This document shows, piece by piece, positions 52,701 through 64,000 of a stretch of DNA of 64,000 bases. A program made the translations under genes and the position numbers. Origin of the DNA: Lingula anatina (lineage: Eukaryota; Animalia; Brachiopoda); assembly GCA_051362555.1 (NCBI GenBank), contig CM120648.1, positions 1,713,721 to 1,777,720 on the forward strand. The letters run 5' to 3'. The notes beneath the pieces are model-generated. The model was given only the letters and a program-made list of their open reading frames with translations. It did no database searches and was not told where the DNA came from. The stretch's first letter is position 1; each line of letters starts with the position of its first letter.

Positions 52701-53947
52701 GACTTTATTTTTAAAGACAATTCCAATTTTTTAAATCAAAAACGCTCACTTGAATCTCACTGCAGAGCAGATCTTCAGTTTTTGCCTCCGAAGCATTTAG
52801 ATTGCTGACTAAACCAAATCCTACTAATCCTAGAGCAGGGACGCGTCCGCCAGATCTGACCTGGTTAAGTGCTGCGAAACGCTGTGCTGCAACTCGATGA
52901 ATCTGTGCTGGTAACTTGAAATAGCTGTAATGTAGAATGAATGACTGCTTTAAATTGTAACAAATTTAAAGCCCACAAATGAGAAAAATAGAATTTCCAG
53001 CTTTATTTTTAAACCCAAAATGGACAAGTCAGAGATCTTTCCATGCATATTGATTATGGATCTTTTTGTTTTACAAGCCAAAAATTATCATAAAATGTTT
53101 AATCAATGTAAATAACTCTGAAAGTAACTGTCACTGACAAAATAAACTTGACAATTATAAAGTATGAGATATATATTTGATTTTTACTAGATAACCTCAT
53201 TAACTATGGCAGTATTAACCTCCATCAGGGAATGAGGTTATCCAGGTGAAATGCTTCTATCAAGGGGACATACTTGGAGGTAAACAGTTTCAATATAAGC
53301 TGCTGATTGAAGAACAAATCACTTCTTTATTCATACTAAACTTAACACAGCTGATGAAATTCTCCTCCGATTTAAACCTGCGGCCGTAGCAACAGTCGAA
53401 AGGTTCATTGGTCCGAATGTTCACTATAGAACCTTAAGATCAGTGAACCCTCGATTAAAAACCAATTAAAATGTTACCATTTTTGGGACCAATGAACCTT
53501 CGGACAAACAAGATGCCCTCTTTAAATCTCACCTCCTGACTGATGTCTTCCATACCTCTTGCCTTGTCACCAGCTCTCTTCCAGGATAACCAAATGCACT
53601 TTCTGAAACACACAATTCACAACTGGTAAGTAATCTGTTACGTCAAAATATTCTTCTAGCACATAATATTCAGTAACCACATCAGTCATAACAGAATTTT
53701 GACAAAAACTTGATTTGTAAGGTCAATATCATTATAATTGTAATTTCCACAAGACGCCAATTTTGCAATAACGGTAAAAAATACCTGCTTAAAAATTAAC
53801 TTGAAATCAAAATGAGTTCTTAATAAAGTAACCAAACACACACACACACATATACATACCAAGCCCTTCACCTCGACCATGGACTTTCCCAACTTTGCAC
53901 CATAATTCTTTCCCACGCTTGAATAATGCTAACAACTTCTGTCTCAT
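48236..53947 (-). CDS. PINK1: Mitochondrial Ser/Thr kinase PINK1 (about 12 coding exons)
   Basis: Presequence-like start MRQKLLALFKRGKELW and TM segment PALGLVGFGLV. Kinase motifs IAKGCNAAVYEA, LAVKVMFNY..SN, HPNIV, AHRDLKANNIL, DFGNCL, GGNPALMAPE and DYRKADLWAVG, followed by the C-terminal extension. Stop codon at 48238-48236. Confidence 0.96.
50941..51297 (-). repeat. 30-bp minisatellite (about 12 units, 60-bp higher-order period) spanning a PINK1 splice donor
   Basis: Unit ttctcccacatatccatct[g/c]aacct(accca/gccga); the first unit overlaps the exon end at 51278. Confidence 0.95.
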
Positions 53948-54448
53948 CGTCTCCTTGTTGCCATCTGCTGCGATGCAGAATTTCCCCCCGCTGGCCCCAA
54001 AAGAGGCCTTTAACTTAAGCCCCAAAAGCTTAATGATTGCGTGGACTTAAACACTGACGCAATGCGCCCTAAAAGGGCGAAATATTTTCGCTCATCAACT
54101 GCGCAGTTTTGTATCTGATGACGAAACCAGAGAAAATTCCCCAGTCAAAACATTGGTGACGTCATTACATCTTACTCTCAAAATGACTAAAATTACTTTT
54201 AAGTTTGTTTGTTTAAAATCTCACACTCATTATTATCTTTGTGCATCAAATAATGATTTTTAAATTTCATATTGATGCGATATGGCCAATATTTACATTA
54301 ATGGGAATGAAAACAAACATTATGTACAGCTACGGTTTGAGATTAAGTGGCACTCTTGTGAATAAGAAGGTACATAAATAGTTTGTATACAACACGTGAG
54401 GCAACGAGGACAACACGAACTAAGAAAATATAGCTAAAATTGGTAAAC
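53948..54448. promoter_or_regulatory. Bidirectional promoter PINK1/RANGRF
   Basis: Divergent ATGs about 500 bp apart, CRE TGACGTCA at 54157-54164, and the palindrome ACTGCGCAGT at ~54099-54108. Confidence 0.7.
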
Positions 54449-57026
54449 ATGGAGACTTTCCACGAACAAATGATGTTCGGGGATTCTTTATCAGTTTTTC
54501 TACCCAATGATGCGAAGGATGTCAGGTACTTTGGAGTCCCATCCCTCAATCTCTCTAAAACAAACGCACGTGCACACATTCTCTCTCTCTCTCTCGCACA
54601 TAACGACCAATCAAAGATAATATTAATTTTATTATTATTGTTACAATATTATTTTTTATTACTGGTCGTAGTAGTAGTAGTAGCTAGTAGTAGTGATCAA
54701 GTAGTAATACCAGTAGTACATGTAGTTTCTTCTAGAACATGGAATTCAGTTCATTAAGTAAATTTCCTATCTAATTTATTTCAATTGCAGGGACGAAATT
54801 GATAAAAGGTACTGCATAAGTGACTTAACAAAAAAAAAAATAAAAAAAAAAATAAATAAATAAAATAAAAAATAAAAAAAACAGAAAATCCAAAACTTAT
54901 TTACTAGTAATTATTTTTTCATGGGATGGGGGGGGGGGGGGGAGGCACAGGGAAATATACTGTATACTCGGTAAGTTCGTGGTAGCATCATCATGTGACT
55001 TATAAAAATAGCCAAAGACATGATTCCAGTGGTTATAAAAATAATGATATTTTGATATTTTCAAGTGAAATCCGGGAGATCCCAGACAATCAAGAAGTGT
55101 TTACCCATTCACAGATGGACCAGAGTGTAATATTTGAAATTTTGGAATACGTAAAAGAGGACTCACACCAACAGGCAATGAGGTTACAATGCTTCAGTTA
55201 TTTATTTATTATTATTATTTTTTTTAATAATAATTACACAGAAGCAGTCATAGCAGTTGACACATTCATTCATTCACAAAATTCAGTAAAATGTATCATT
55301 TGTTTTGTAATTTGATTAATGAATAGTAACAGTTGTATATTTCATGTAGAAGTGAAGCATATTGGAATTTGTAAATACCATTTCAATATACCTTAATGTT
55401 CTAGTCTGCACCAGTACATGCAGTTACCACTATACTTGCTTGTGATTTGAAGACTGAACATTAATGTCTAAGGCCCCATTCAGAATAGGGGACTAACTAG
55501 TACGAGTGTCAAATATGGCCAACCCACTTGAATACTTTCCCACAGGATATCTATTCAGTGTCTGTTAGCAGATTAGATGGCAAGCTTTGTAGTGGGTGGC
55601 CATATTTGACCCTCTGACTAGTTAGTCCCCTATTCTGCATGGGGCCTTTGACTGTCCTTTTGCATTTCATGTAGAACCCACTTTGAAGATGTGTGTCTCA
55701 GTAATGAGGTGGGTGAGGACTCGGAGATTATTACAATTGAAGCTGTGCCTGCAGACAGAATTCAAATGGAACAGTGAGTATAATATTATTGAGCTGAACA
55801 AACTCAAACTAAAGCCAGTTTGAGAATAAATTGAAAAAAGAAGGGTTATTTTAATACCAAATATTTTAGCCTTCGTCAATTTATGACAATTAATTCCTTG
55901 GTTGTCCATTGAAATAAAGTAAAAATTTGATCAGTATGACATTTCTAAGTTATTAAAAAACTGAATTTAGTTACCTCAACTGAACTGACACTCGAAAGTA
56001 ATTATTGAAAATTTAGCTCAAAATAACTGATATGAATCGATTTGTTAAGCTTTTGCCACCGTTCCTGCTTTTATTCAGAAGTTTAAATCCTGATGTCCTA
56101 AAGGGCCAGCATACTACAGTATTTTTAGTACAGACTGGGTGATTCTGTTTCTAAATGATAAATTAAATATACTGTATTTTCAGCGCAAAATGCGTGTGGT
56201 ACCTTAAGGGCTGCCAGAGAGTTGCTAAATTCAACGAGGATGCTAAAAACACAGTGGAGATCCACATGGCTTTGTTCAGGCTGCCTCAGTTTGACTCTGA
56301 TATACTTGTCACATTTAATAACCCATTAGAGATCAGGTACGTGTGCTCTTTTATGGACAGATGTTTTTACAGCACACTGTTACTGTAGAAGTTTTAATAT
56401 AGAGGGGTCATGTCGATGCACCGTTACTCCCCGCACCGTTACTTCCCCGCACTGTTACTTCCCCGCACCGATACTCCCCTGCACCGTTACTTCCCGGCAC
56501 CATTACTTCCCCGCACCGTTACTTCCCCGCACCGTTACCCCCCACACCAATACTCCCCCGCATCGATACTCCCCTGCATCGTTACTCCCCCGCACCAATA
56601 ATCCCCCTTAGTATTTTTTTGTATTATGCACATCGATACAACCCCACAATGATAGATCCTCGCACTGATACTTCCATGCACCGATACTCCCCCTCAGTAT
56701 ATCTGTAATTGTGGGGGAGATCGGTGCGGGGATGTATCGACATGTAACCAATATAGAGTCTTGACACTGATTAGTACTACCGCTGATGGCAATAGCCAAT
56801 AAGAGTATTTTGGAGTCACCAATACCACAAAGTAGTTGACTAGCTGATTTTGATAGTCTAAGCCAAGCCCCAAAACTAAAAGATTAAATTAATGTTTCTT
56901 TATTATTTTAGCCCCCTCAGTAGCAGCCATGCAGCGGTGCCCGTGTCAGCACAGCCTTGGACATTACAACACTTTCAATGTATAGTGGACTCCTTGAAAA
57001 TAATTAACACGGATATTTTTGGCTGA
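54449..57026 (+). CDS. RANGRF: Ran guanine nucleotide release factor (MOG1), ~186 aa, 5 exons
   Basis: Exons 54449-54525, 55066-55182, 55675-55773, 56184-56336 and 56912-57026. Motifs DVSEIREIPDNQEVF, DQSVIFEILE, HFEDV, QRVAKFNE and LFRLPQFDSDILVTFNNP. Confidence 0.93.
55472..55646. mobile_element. Fold-back MITE, family B copy 2
   Basis: ggccccattcagaataggggactaactagt ... actagttagtcccctattctgcatggggcc, homologous to 22398-22559. Confidence 0.8.
56405..56749. mobile_element. Mutator-like (MULE) non-autonomous element with an internal ~17-bp tandem repeat
   Basis: Exact 9-bp TSD AATATAGAG (56396-56404 and 56750-56758), TIR gg.t(a)catgtcgat, and an internal array of ccgttactyccccgca. Confidence 0.8.
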
Positions 57027-58505
57027 TTTTCTGGATAGTGAAAGCAGTGTTGTGTTTGGTTTTGGTTGAAGAGCAAACTCAGATGCCCTTGATGGATATA
57101 CAAGGCTATACTGAGGATTCTTGGGATATTCGGCATCTTTTATCAATTTTTTTCATCAATCTGTGCCAATGCTCTAACAGTTCCAACATACATTGGATAA
57201 GACATAACTCTAAGGATTATTATGGCTGTATTTAGAAGGCAATATCATTGGGAAATGGCACATCTACAAAATGAATATTTCAAGGGTATATCTGACTGTA
57301 AAATCCATTGGAAGTACTAAATACAAGAAAAATCCCAGTGAAATATTTTGACTTTGATAGTACTTTCAGATTATTTTACCAAATAAGCATGCATACTGAA
57401 ACCGCAAGAGAAAAGCACTTTTTTGACCTCTTAAAATGACACTTGATGGACAAGTTATAAGAAATATATTCTTTAAAGTTTATCAGTTTTCTCTGAAAAT
57501 TAAATTGAGTAACAAAAGTTGATGCACATATGAAACTGGGATCCCTGGATACAATGACAGTGTCACAGCCATATTGAATTTGGTGGCCATATTTGACAAA
57601 TATTTTTATGGAAAAATAATGGGAGATCGACCACAATAACATAATTTCATTAGTTTAAAATAAAAACATAAAAAATATTCATAAAAAGCAATGTTGCACT
57701 TTATTTTTCATATGCACTACATGTACTTTCAATATTTGCATAATCCTTAAAATCTGTTCATCATGCAGTATACACATTTCAATGTTACTGAAATATGTAA
57801 TTTGTCACTGTAATCTGATTATACTAGTCTTTCTTTTCTTTACCAGCAAGTCCAGAGTGCATCATGGTAACTAAGTCAATATAATCCTGGTCCTAAACCT
57901 GTTATGCCAGAGTCATTTGGTCATTTAAATAATATTGTTCCCATGATATGAAAAAGACTTCAATTATGTCCTTGAAATGTAGCACAGATTAAAAAAATAA
58001 AACTGGATATTATACACCTTGTATTATAAAATTTTAATAAATGTACAAAAGTACATGAACACAATTTCAAGTTGTCTTCCTACTTCAACCAGGGCTAAAA
58101 AAGCACATGAAAAATATAAATGACTTGATAAAAAGACAATAAGTGGCACTTTGAACATAATGTATGCCAGTTAACTACAATAAAAAGTACAAATTTGTGG
58201 CTTTTTATCTTTCATTTAAAATCATATTCTTGTAAGTGAACTATCAGAATACTACTCTGACCAGTAAAAAGAATATTTGAGAGAGGAAAATACATTGTTA
58301 ACATTTAAAACATTACATCTGAAATGCTTTTTCTGTCTGTGAAAAACATTTATTTTAGTGTTATACTTTCTTTGTCTCCATCCTTCATGCCAATTCAATT
58401 CAATTCAAACAAATTGAAAAAAAAAGATGTTAGAATAACTTATTTCTACCTTTGTAAATGGTAAAAAGATGATTTTTATTTTTTAATTAAAGTAAAATAT
58501 CTAGG

Positions 58506-61287
58506 TCAGGAGTAAATTTTTCTACGGTCGCATCTTGTCGCATGTTCCCTTTTATCATGGCAGGCAATATGGACAAGTTTAAGATTCATCCTTGTAAAGA
58601 GGAGGTCGTAAAAGTATTGAACATTTATTTTCCTGCCCCTAGGAATGTTCTTGGCGGCTTCCACAAGACATGGTAACACTTCTCTGGACTTTTCAATACT
58701 AAAAGAAAAATAATAATAATAATAATAATAATAAAAAGAAAGAAAACTTGACATGTAATTCATAACAAATATTTTGTGGCTGACATGCACTACTAAACAA
58801 CCCCATGCTCTGTGAAATATTTTGAAACCATAATGCCTAATAGCAAATTCATTATTTTTCCAATATTTACAAAAACATTTCACATTTATAGGCTGAGTTT
58901 GAGAGAAAAAAGCAAATTCAATGTCCCCAAGTGCAAAACTATTTCATAAAGTATTTCAAATTTTCTATCATATATCACTTTTGAGATCAATGCCCTCGAC
59001 TCCACACCATTAATTTTTCAAATTTGTTTACTTAATGGTAGTATATATCTCACACTGTTTCTCTGCAACTTACACATGATCTAGATTCCATGTGCTGAAC
59101 AAAATCCTGCTTTCCTTGGACCCGTACGGGTTAATAGAATGATAATGTTGGCATTTCTTCTCATTGTAAAGTCCCTCACAGCTGAACCACCCATCCCTGT
59201 CACACATTCTTTCCTTGTCAACTGAATGAGATCTCACAAAATAATGTCCATGGTAACTGTTAAGTTTAAGCTGTTCTTTGAAACTGTCCATGACTTGTTC
59301 TAATTTGAGTTTTGTATTTTCAGGTATCTTTTGAGCATTGAAATGTTCTTTGGCCTAAAAAATGGGGAAAAAAGTAAAACATCATAATATTATTGGTGAT
59401 AAATGCTTTAAAAGACCAACAACTATGTACCTTTCTTCTTTTTTCAAAATTATAAAATATTGACCTTACGATTTTAAACTGACGTAAACATCTACTAAAA
59501 ATAATGCATTGCCAAATGCTTTCCAAACCAGAAATGGCATGGTTTTCTTTGGAAATGCACAATTCTTTATCTTTATTTATTTATTAATGTATTGAATGAC
59601 ACTGATTATTACTTAATATTAATACTTAATATTAAGATACAAATTTCTGTGACCACCTTGTCCAAGTACCCCCTGATTCTGGCTTTTGCACTGTATCTCA
59701 AATGTTCTTCTTTTGCCCTGCATTTAGATGATAACCCTACAACATACAAAATGAAAATCCATTGAGTATCATATTAATATCACTACATACAAATCTGTAA
59801 AAAATAAACATCTCATAAATAATTTATGAACACTTAAAAACCAAAAACTTATACATATGGCTCAGGCTGAATCAGTTATCATTGTTGCTTAGAAATTAAT
59901 ATTGATAAGTCTCATTGATGTTGGATATAAAAAAGGAAGACTTAAGAAAATGATCATACCATATACTACAAGTATCTCTTTAATATTAATATGAAAAAAT
60001 ACCTTCAAACCAATCTGGATCCTCTTCCCTTGTACTAGATTTTATATTCATTTTTATATTCTTCACAAACTCTGCCAATCCAACTGCAGTCTGTTTGTTG
60101 ATGTCTCCATCCAAAAGTTCCTTGTGGATACATGTGTAGATGTCTTCTTTTCTTGAACAGATGTTTTCCTCAATTCTACTTATACTTCTAAGTAGCATGG
60201 AGGCACCTGAAGAGTAAAGGTAAGTAATGTGAAAGAAAATCATGTTAGAATTTGTTACATTCACAGTAAAATAATGATAAGCATGCATACATTGTGCATG
60301 AGACCTTCACAGAACAAAACTGCTTTTAAAGGAACTGATGTGACTCAGAGATTCACTTCTTTTGTGGAGAGATCTTAAATCAATCGTATCACTTATAATT
60401 ATAGATCTATTCCTAAGAAATATCCACAGGAGAGGATATATCATCCTCCCATCCTGCCCAACCCCTCCCCTCCCAAACCAGGCAAGCCTTTGTCTTTAAA
60501 GCTGTCAAAAAGAAGAGATTATCTGAGGGAATGATGGTTTGACACCAAAAGAAACAAAAGATTATGGCCAAACTTACTTATAGTGAACATTTTGGTTTAA
60601 TCGTGTCACATGATCTTTCACGACCATTTCTGGTGTTTTTAATGGTGTACAATAGCATCTATGGTCTCTTTTGCAATTATTTGATATCTTCTAAAATGAC
60701 CAAATCTCACCTCCCTCCCATTTTTCTCCTTTACATAAAATCATTAGAACGGTCTGTGAGGGAAGACTCCACAGGTACTTGTTGTCTTCAACTTCTGTGC
60801 CATCTTCTTCTAGACAAACTGTCACTTCTTGTGTTGGAATCTACAAAAATAATGCATTGAAGAGAAAATTACACACAAAAAAGAAAAAACTTATAAAAAT
60901 TAACTGTGTGTGCCATTAACACTTAGATTCCTGGGATTTTTCTTAAACAAAAGGAGGGTCTCAATTTAAGGTCTCGATTGGAAAAGTTAAGTAACGTCAC
61001 AGAAAATACAGACACAGGAAATATGACTTAAGGATTAAACGCGGATTATATATCTTTAATACCGGCAGTGAGGCAACGTTAGAGTATAGACAACAAAGTG
61101 CCAGCGTGGAATTTGAAGCCGTGGAAATGGAAAGTAACGCCTGTTGGCTACATTTCAGTGGGCTTACCTGTAGTTTTTCGCAACCTTTTAATTTCAATTC
61201 GTTCAAATCCTTAACGGCTATTCCTACTCTCTTCCTTTTGTTAACACCAGTAACTTTGAAAGCCTTCATAGTAAAATCTTTCGTCAT
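58506..61287 (-). CDS. DFFB: DNA fragmentation factor beta / caspase-activated DNase (~335 aa, 6 exons)
   Basis: Exons 61287-61168, 60840-60711, 60206-60003, 59736-59657, 59354-59074 and 58698-58506. CIDE-N domain (LEEDGTEVED), REEDPDWFEG, GWFSCEG, HSINPYGSKESRILFSTWNLDHVIEK and NLKLVHIACH. Confidence 0.95.
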
Positions 61288-61640
61288 TTATCATTCTCAA
61301 AACAAGTCGAAAGTGAAATTTCCCCCCATGCGACCTCCATTTGTAAACATTGCAAGTCTCGTGACCTCTCGTCCATGGCCTATTTTTTATTCCCATTGAG
61401 TTTTACCTATAAAAGACAATTAAACAGAATACGTGTATAACTACATTAATTTTATTTTAACTACTCAAATTAGAAATAAATGCTAATCCAAATACTCTTC
61501 GCAATTGCACATAAATGGGACTTTGTTTTATAGGTCACGTGACTAGAATCTCGGACGAAATTTGGCGCAAGCGCAGAAATGTGTGTACAAATTTTGGTTT
61601 CTAACCAAGCAGATGTAGGATTTATTTAAGCACAGCTGGT
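61288..61640. promoter_or_regulatory. Bidirectional promoter DFFB/CEP104 with a CLEAR/USF-type E-box
   Basis: Perfect palindrome GTCACGTGAC at 61534-61543 in a CpG-enriched stretch; a likely non-coding CEP104 first exon ends at ctg|gtaag near 61638. Confidence 0.6.
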
Positions 61641-62845
61641 AAGCAGGGGTCAAATGTTGTTAATATGTATAATCATCGAAAAAGGGTATTACCTCAAGTC
61701 AAATTAGCCGCATATTTTGCCTTTTGCTTGCATTGTTTGGGCGCACGCAACTTTCTTGGTCCTGTCGTTCCGACCATGACTTTGATATTATTTTGTTGGA
61801 TTCGTGACATATTATCTGACACTGTAGTTCAGTGACACCGTAGATCTATACTTAATTATGCGTCATCACTATTACCGTATAATTGTGATGTTAATTGACC
61901 TTTAATAGTAGTTTGCATTAGCAATATTGTTCGACAGATGTTTAATGACTTCAAACTCTAGATGTAATAAGGACACCATGTGCCTTGCAAATAAATGTCA
62001 AGTTGTGAGATTATCATCAGGTTGGCAGTAATATACTGGTATGTGTATGTAATAATTATTTTAGGGTCTGTATTCATGATGGGTCAGTTGTTAAGCTAAA
62101 AAGCAGGTAAATAGTATGTTTAATTATACTAACAATTACTTGCATGTATAAACTTTCATGAGCATGCAAGCATGGATATAATCTTTTAAGAATTATCATT
62201 TGTTTGTGTTATTGTTTTTGCTACATTAGCAGATAGGGTTGTGTTTATGCACTTTAGAAGTTCACCATTGAGTTAATGGTTTGTGTATTTTATACCATGG
62301 AAACTGGAGTGTGTTTCTATATTTTGCTGCACCGGTTAAGTATGTAGAAGGAGGATTCTATACCGGTATATCTGCAGGCTTTTAAGGGTAGGTCATTATA
62401 CCCCTCACTTAACAAATATCTTCATTAGGTCTGGAAAAGCTTATGTTTATGTCATAAGGTAAGAGGTTTTTCAGGCAAAAATATAATTATTAAAATTAAA
62501 AATTGCTTTGAAGGGAACGTCTGCAGGCTATTGGGCAGGAATAACTAAAGAATGCATTTACTATTAGTGAATTTTTTTTTTTTTTTTTTTTTTTTGACCG
62601 GATACTTTTTGACTTAGTTCTGAGTTTCAAAATCAGAAAGCTAGGAATGTGTGTGCTTTTGATACCAACATTTTTAGCAAATATTCTGTCAATTAAAAAA
62701 ATGGCTATGGAGGGAGAGGAATCAGGCCTAGGTGGGGGATCAGGCCTAGGTTCTCTCAGCTGCTCTGCACCAGCATTTTAAACTAATTTGTCAGTGATTT
62801 ATTTGAAATCTCTTTTCTTTGCTAGTGGCATAGGTAAGCCGAGCC

Positions 62846-64000
62846 ATGCCAGGAAAGCTAGAGTTTCGTGTTGTCCATGTGTCTGGCCAAGATGATGGTT
62901 TCAAGGCCACTGAACTGAATACTCATTCACCTACTACCAAGGGATGGCAGTCTTCAAGGTAGTGTTTTTTTGCCAGCTCTTATTATATATATAATATAAG
63001 AGGAAATACTTAAGTTTGTCTATTTGAGCAAGTTAAAAAGAAAGAAAGACCACGCTAATTTTGTAAAAAAATATTCTTGTGTGTATAGATCTATACAATT
63101 GCCAAATAAATTTGAAAATCACATTTAATTTGAATCAAATAATTTATGATTAATGAGTAACTGTATATTTATATATATTATAATAATATGATGTTTATCT
63201 CCACAGATTTTGCCTTTATCCACAAGACATGGTTTTACAGTTAGACAAGAAATCTCGAATGAGGAAACTTCAGATTCTTGTTCATCAGTACAACATTGGT
63301 AAGTTGTCTCAAGATGGTGATAATAAAAATGAAGAAGATGGCTTATCTGTTTTTTCGATTGTTATGCTGCTGATCGTGAGTTGTTGCCAAGGTGACCAGG
63401 TTGCTTTGCAACAGGTTTCAGTTACTAGTGCTTAATGTTGAAAATATCCTATCCAGGATCTCCGTGACGATGCCAATTTTTTCTTACTCATGAAGAAATG
63501 AATTGCTTTGTGTGTATTTCATTTGTTTCTGTGTGACTGTATTTTATTATCTTGTTGTTCATCCATACTTTTATATTTTACAGCCACAAAGATAGAGTTT
63601 TATGTTGGAGATGTTCCAGAAGACACTCCTGTTACACTTCAGAATGCTAGATATACACGCCTGGGGTAAGACAACGGACACATTTACTATTCAAAGTTTC
63701 ACTGAAAACTCATATTTTTTAGAAATATATGACCTTACTTTGAAAACTGAACATACCTCTGATAAATTTTTCATAATTTATGTTTTCTCATAATTCAATT
63801 TAAAGTAAATTTATTTCTAAAGATAACATAATGATTGGTATAATTCATGGCACATTCCTATGGTTTGATCAATTTTTAATTGGAATATAGACCCAACCAT
63901 TTGTGTAATATCTGTTTACATTTACATTATACATTGTTTCTACATGATGTCCTGATGGATTGTGTTATAACTTTGATTCGTGTTAGGTATGTCTGCATGT
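62846..64000 (+). CDS. CEP104: Centrosomal protein of 104 kDa, 5' part (continues beyond the window)
   Basis: Exons 62846-62958, 63207-63298, 63584-63665 and 63987 onward encode MPGKLEFRVVHVSGQDDGFKATELNTHSPTTKGWQSSRFCLYPQDMVLQLDKKSRMRKLQILVHQYNIATKIEFYVG...RLGYV, matching the CEP104 N-terminal jelly-roll domain. Confidence 0.92.

Noticed and set aside
54132-54142. NF-kB-like site in the PINK1/RANGRF promoter
   Set aside because: A short imperfect match that cannot be told from chance without data.

Overview
AT-rich, intron-containing eukaryotic DNA from an invertebrate animal (probably a lophotrochozoan such as a mollusc; inferred from gene content and composition). Ten protein-coding genes could be rebuilt from GT-AG splice sites with consistent exon phases. 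In order: a membrane-anchored YqcI/YcgG-like protein (-), a myo-inositol 2-dehydrogenase-like Gfo/Idh/MocA gene (+), PEX10 (-), UBE4B (+), PINK1 (-), RANGRF/MOG1 (+), DFFB/CAD (-) and the 5' part of CEP104 (+). These eight form four consecutive head-to-head pairs. Two more genes sit antisense inside introns of the dehydrogenase gene: a secreted 154-aa protein with three EGF-like domains and Tyr-rich loops, and a 14-3-3 epsilon with an intronless CDS. Introns carry several MITEs and a 2.1-kb TTAA-flanked element nested in another MITE. The most notable observations are (1) an intron-containing animal homolog of the bacterial heme-dependent guanidine N-hydroxylase family YqcI/YcgG; (2) the nested Tyr-loop EGF gene, which the ORF track does not show as a unit; (3) several tandem repeats that start at, and amplify, splice sites; (4) deep conservation of linkage with human 1p36/17p13, including the DFFB-CEP104 divergent pair. 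All identities come from manual translation and motif recognition; no database search was run.
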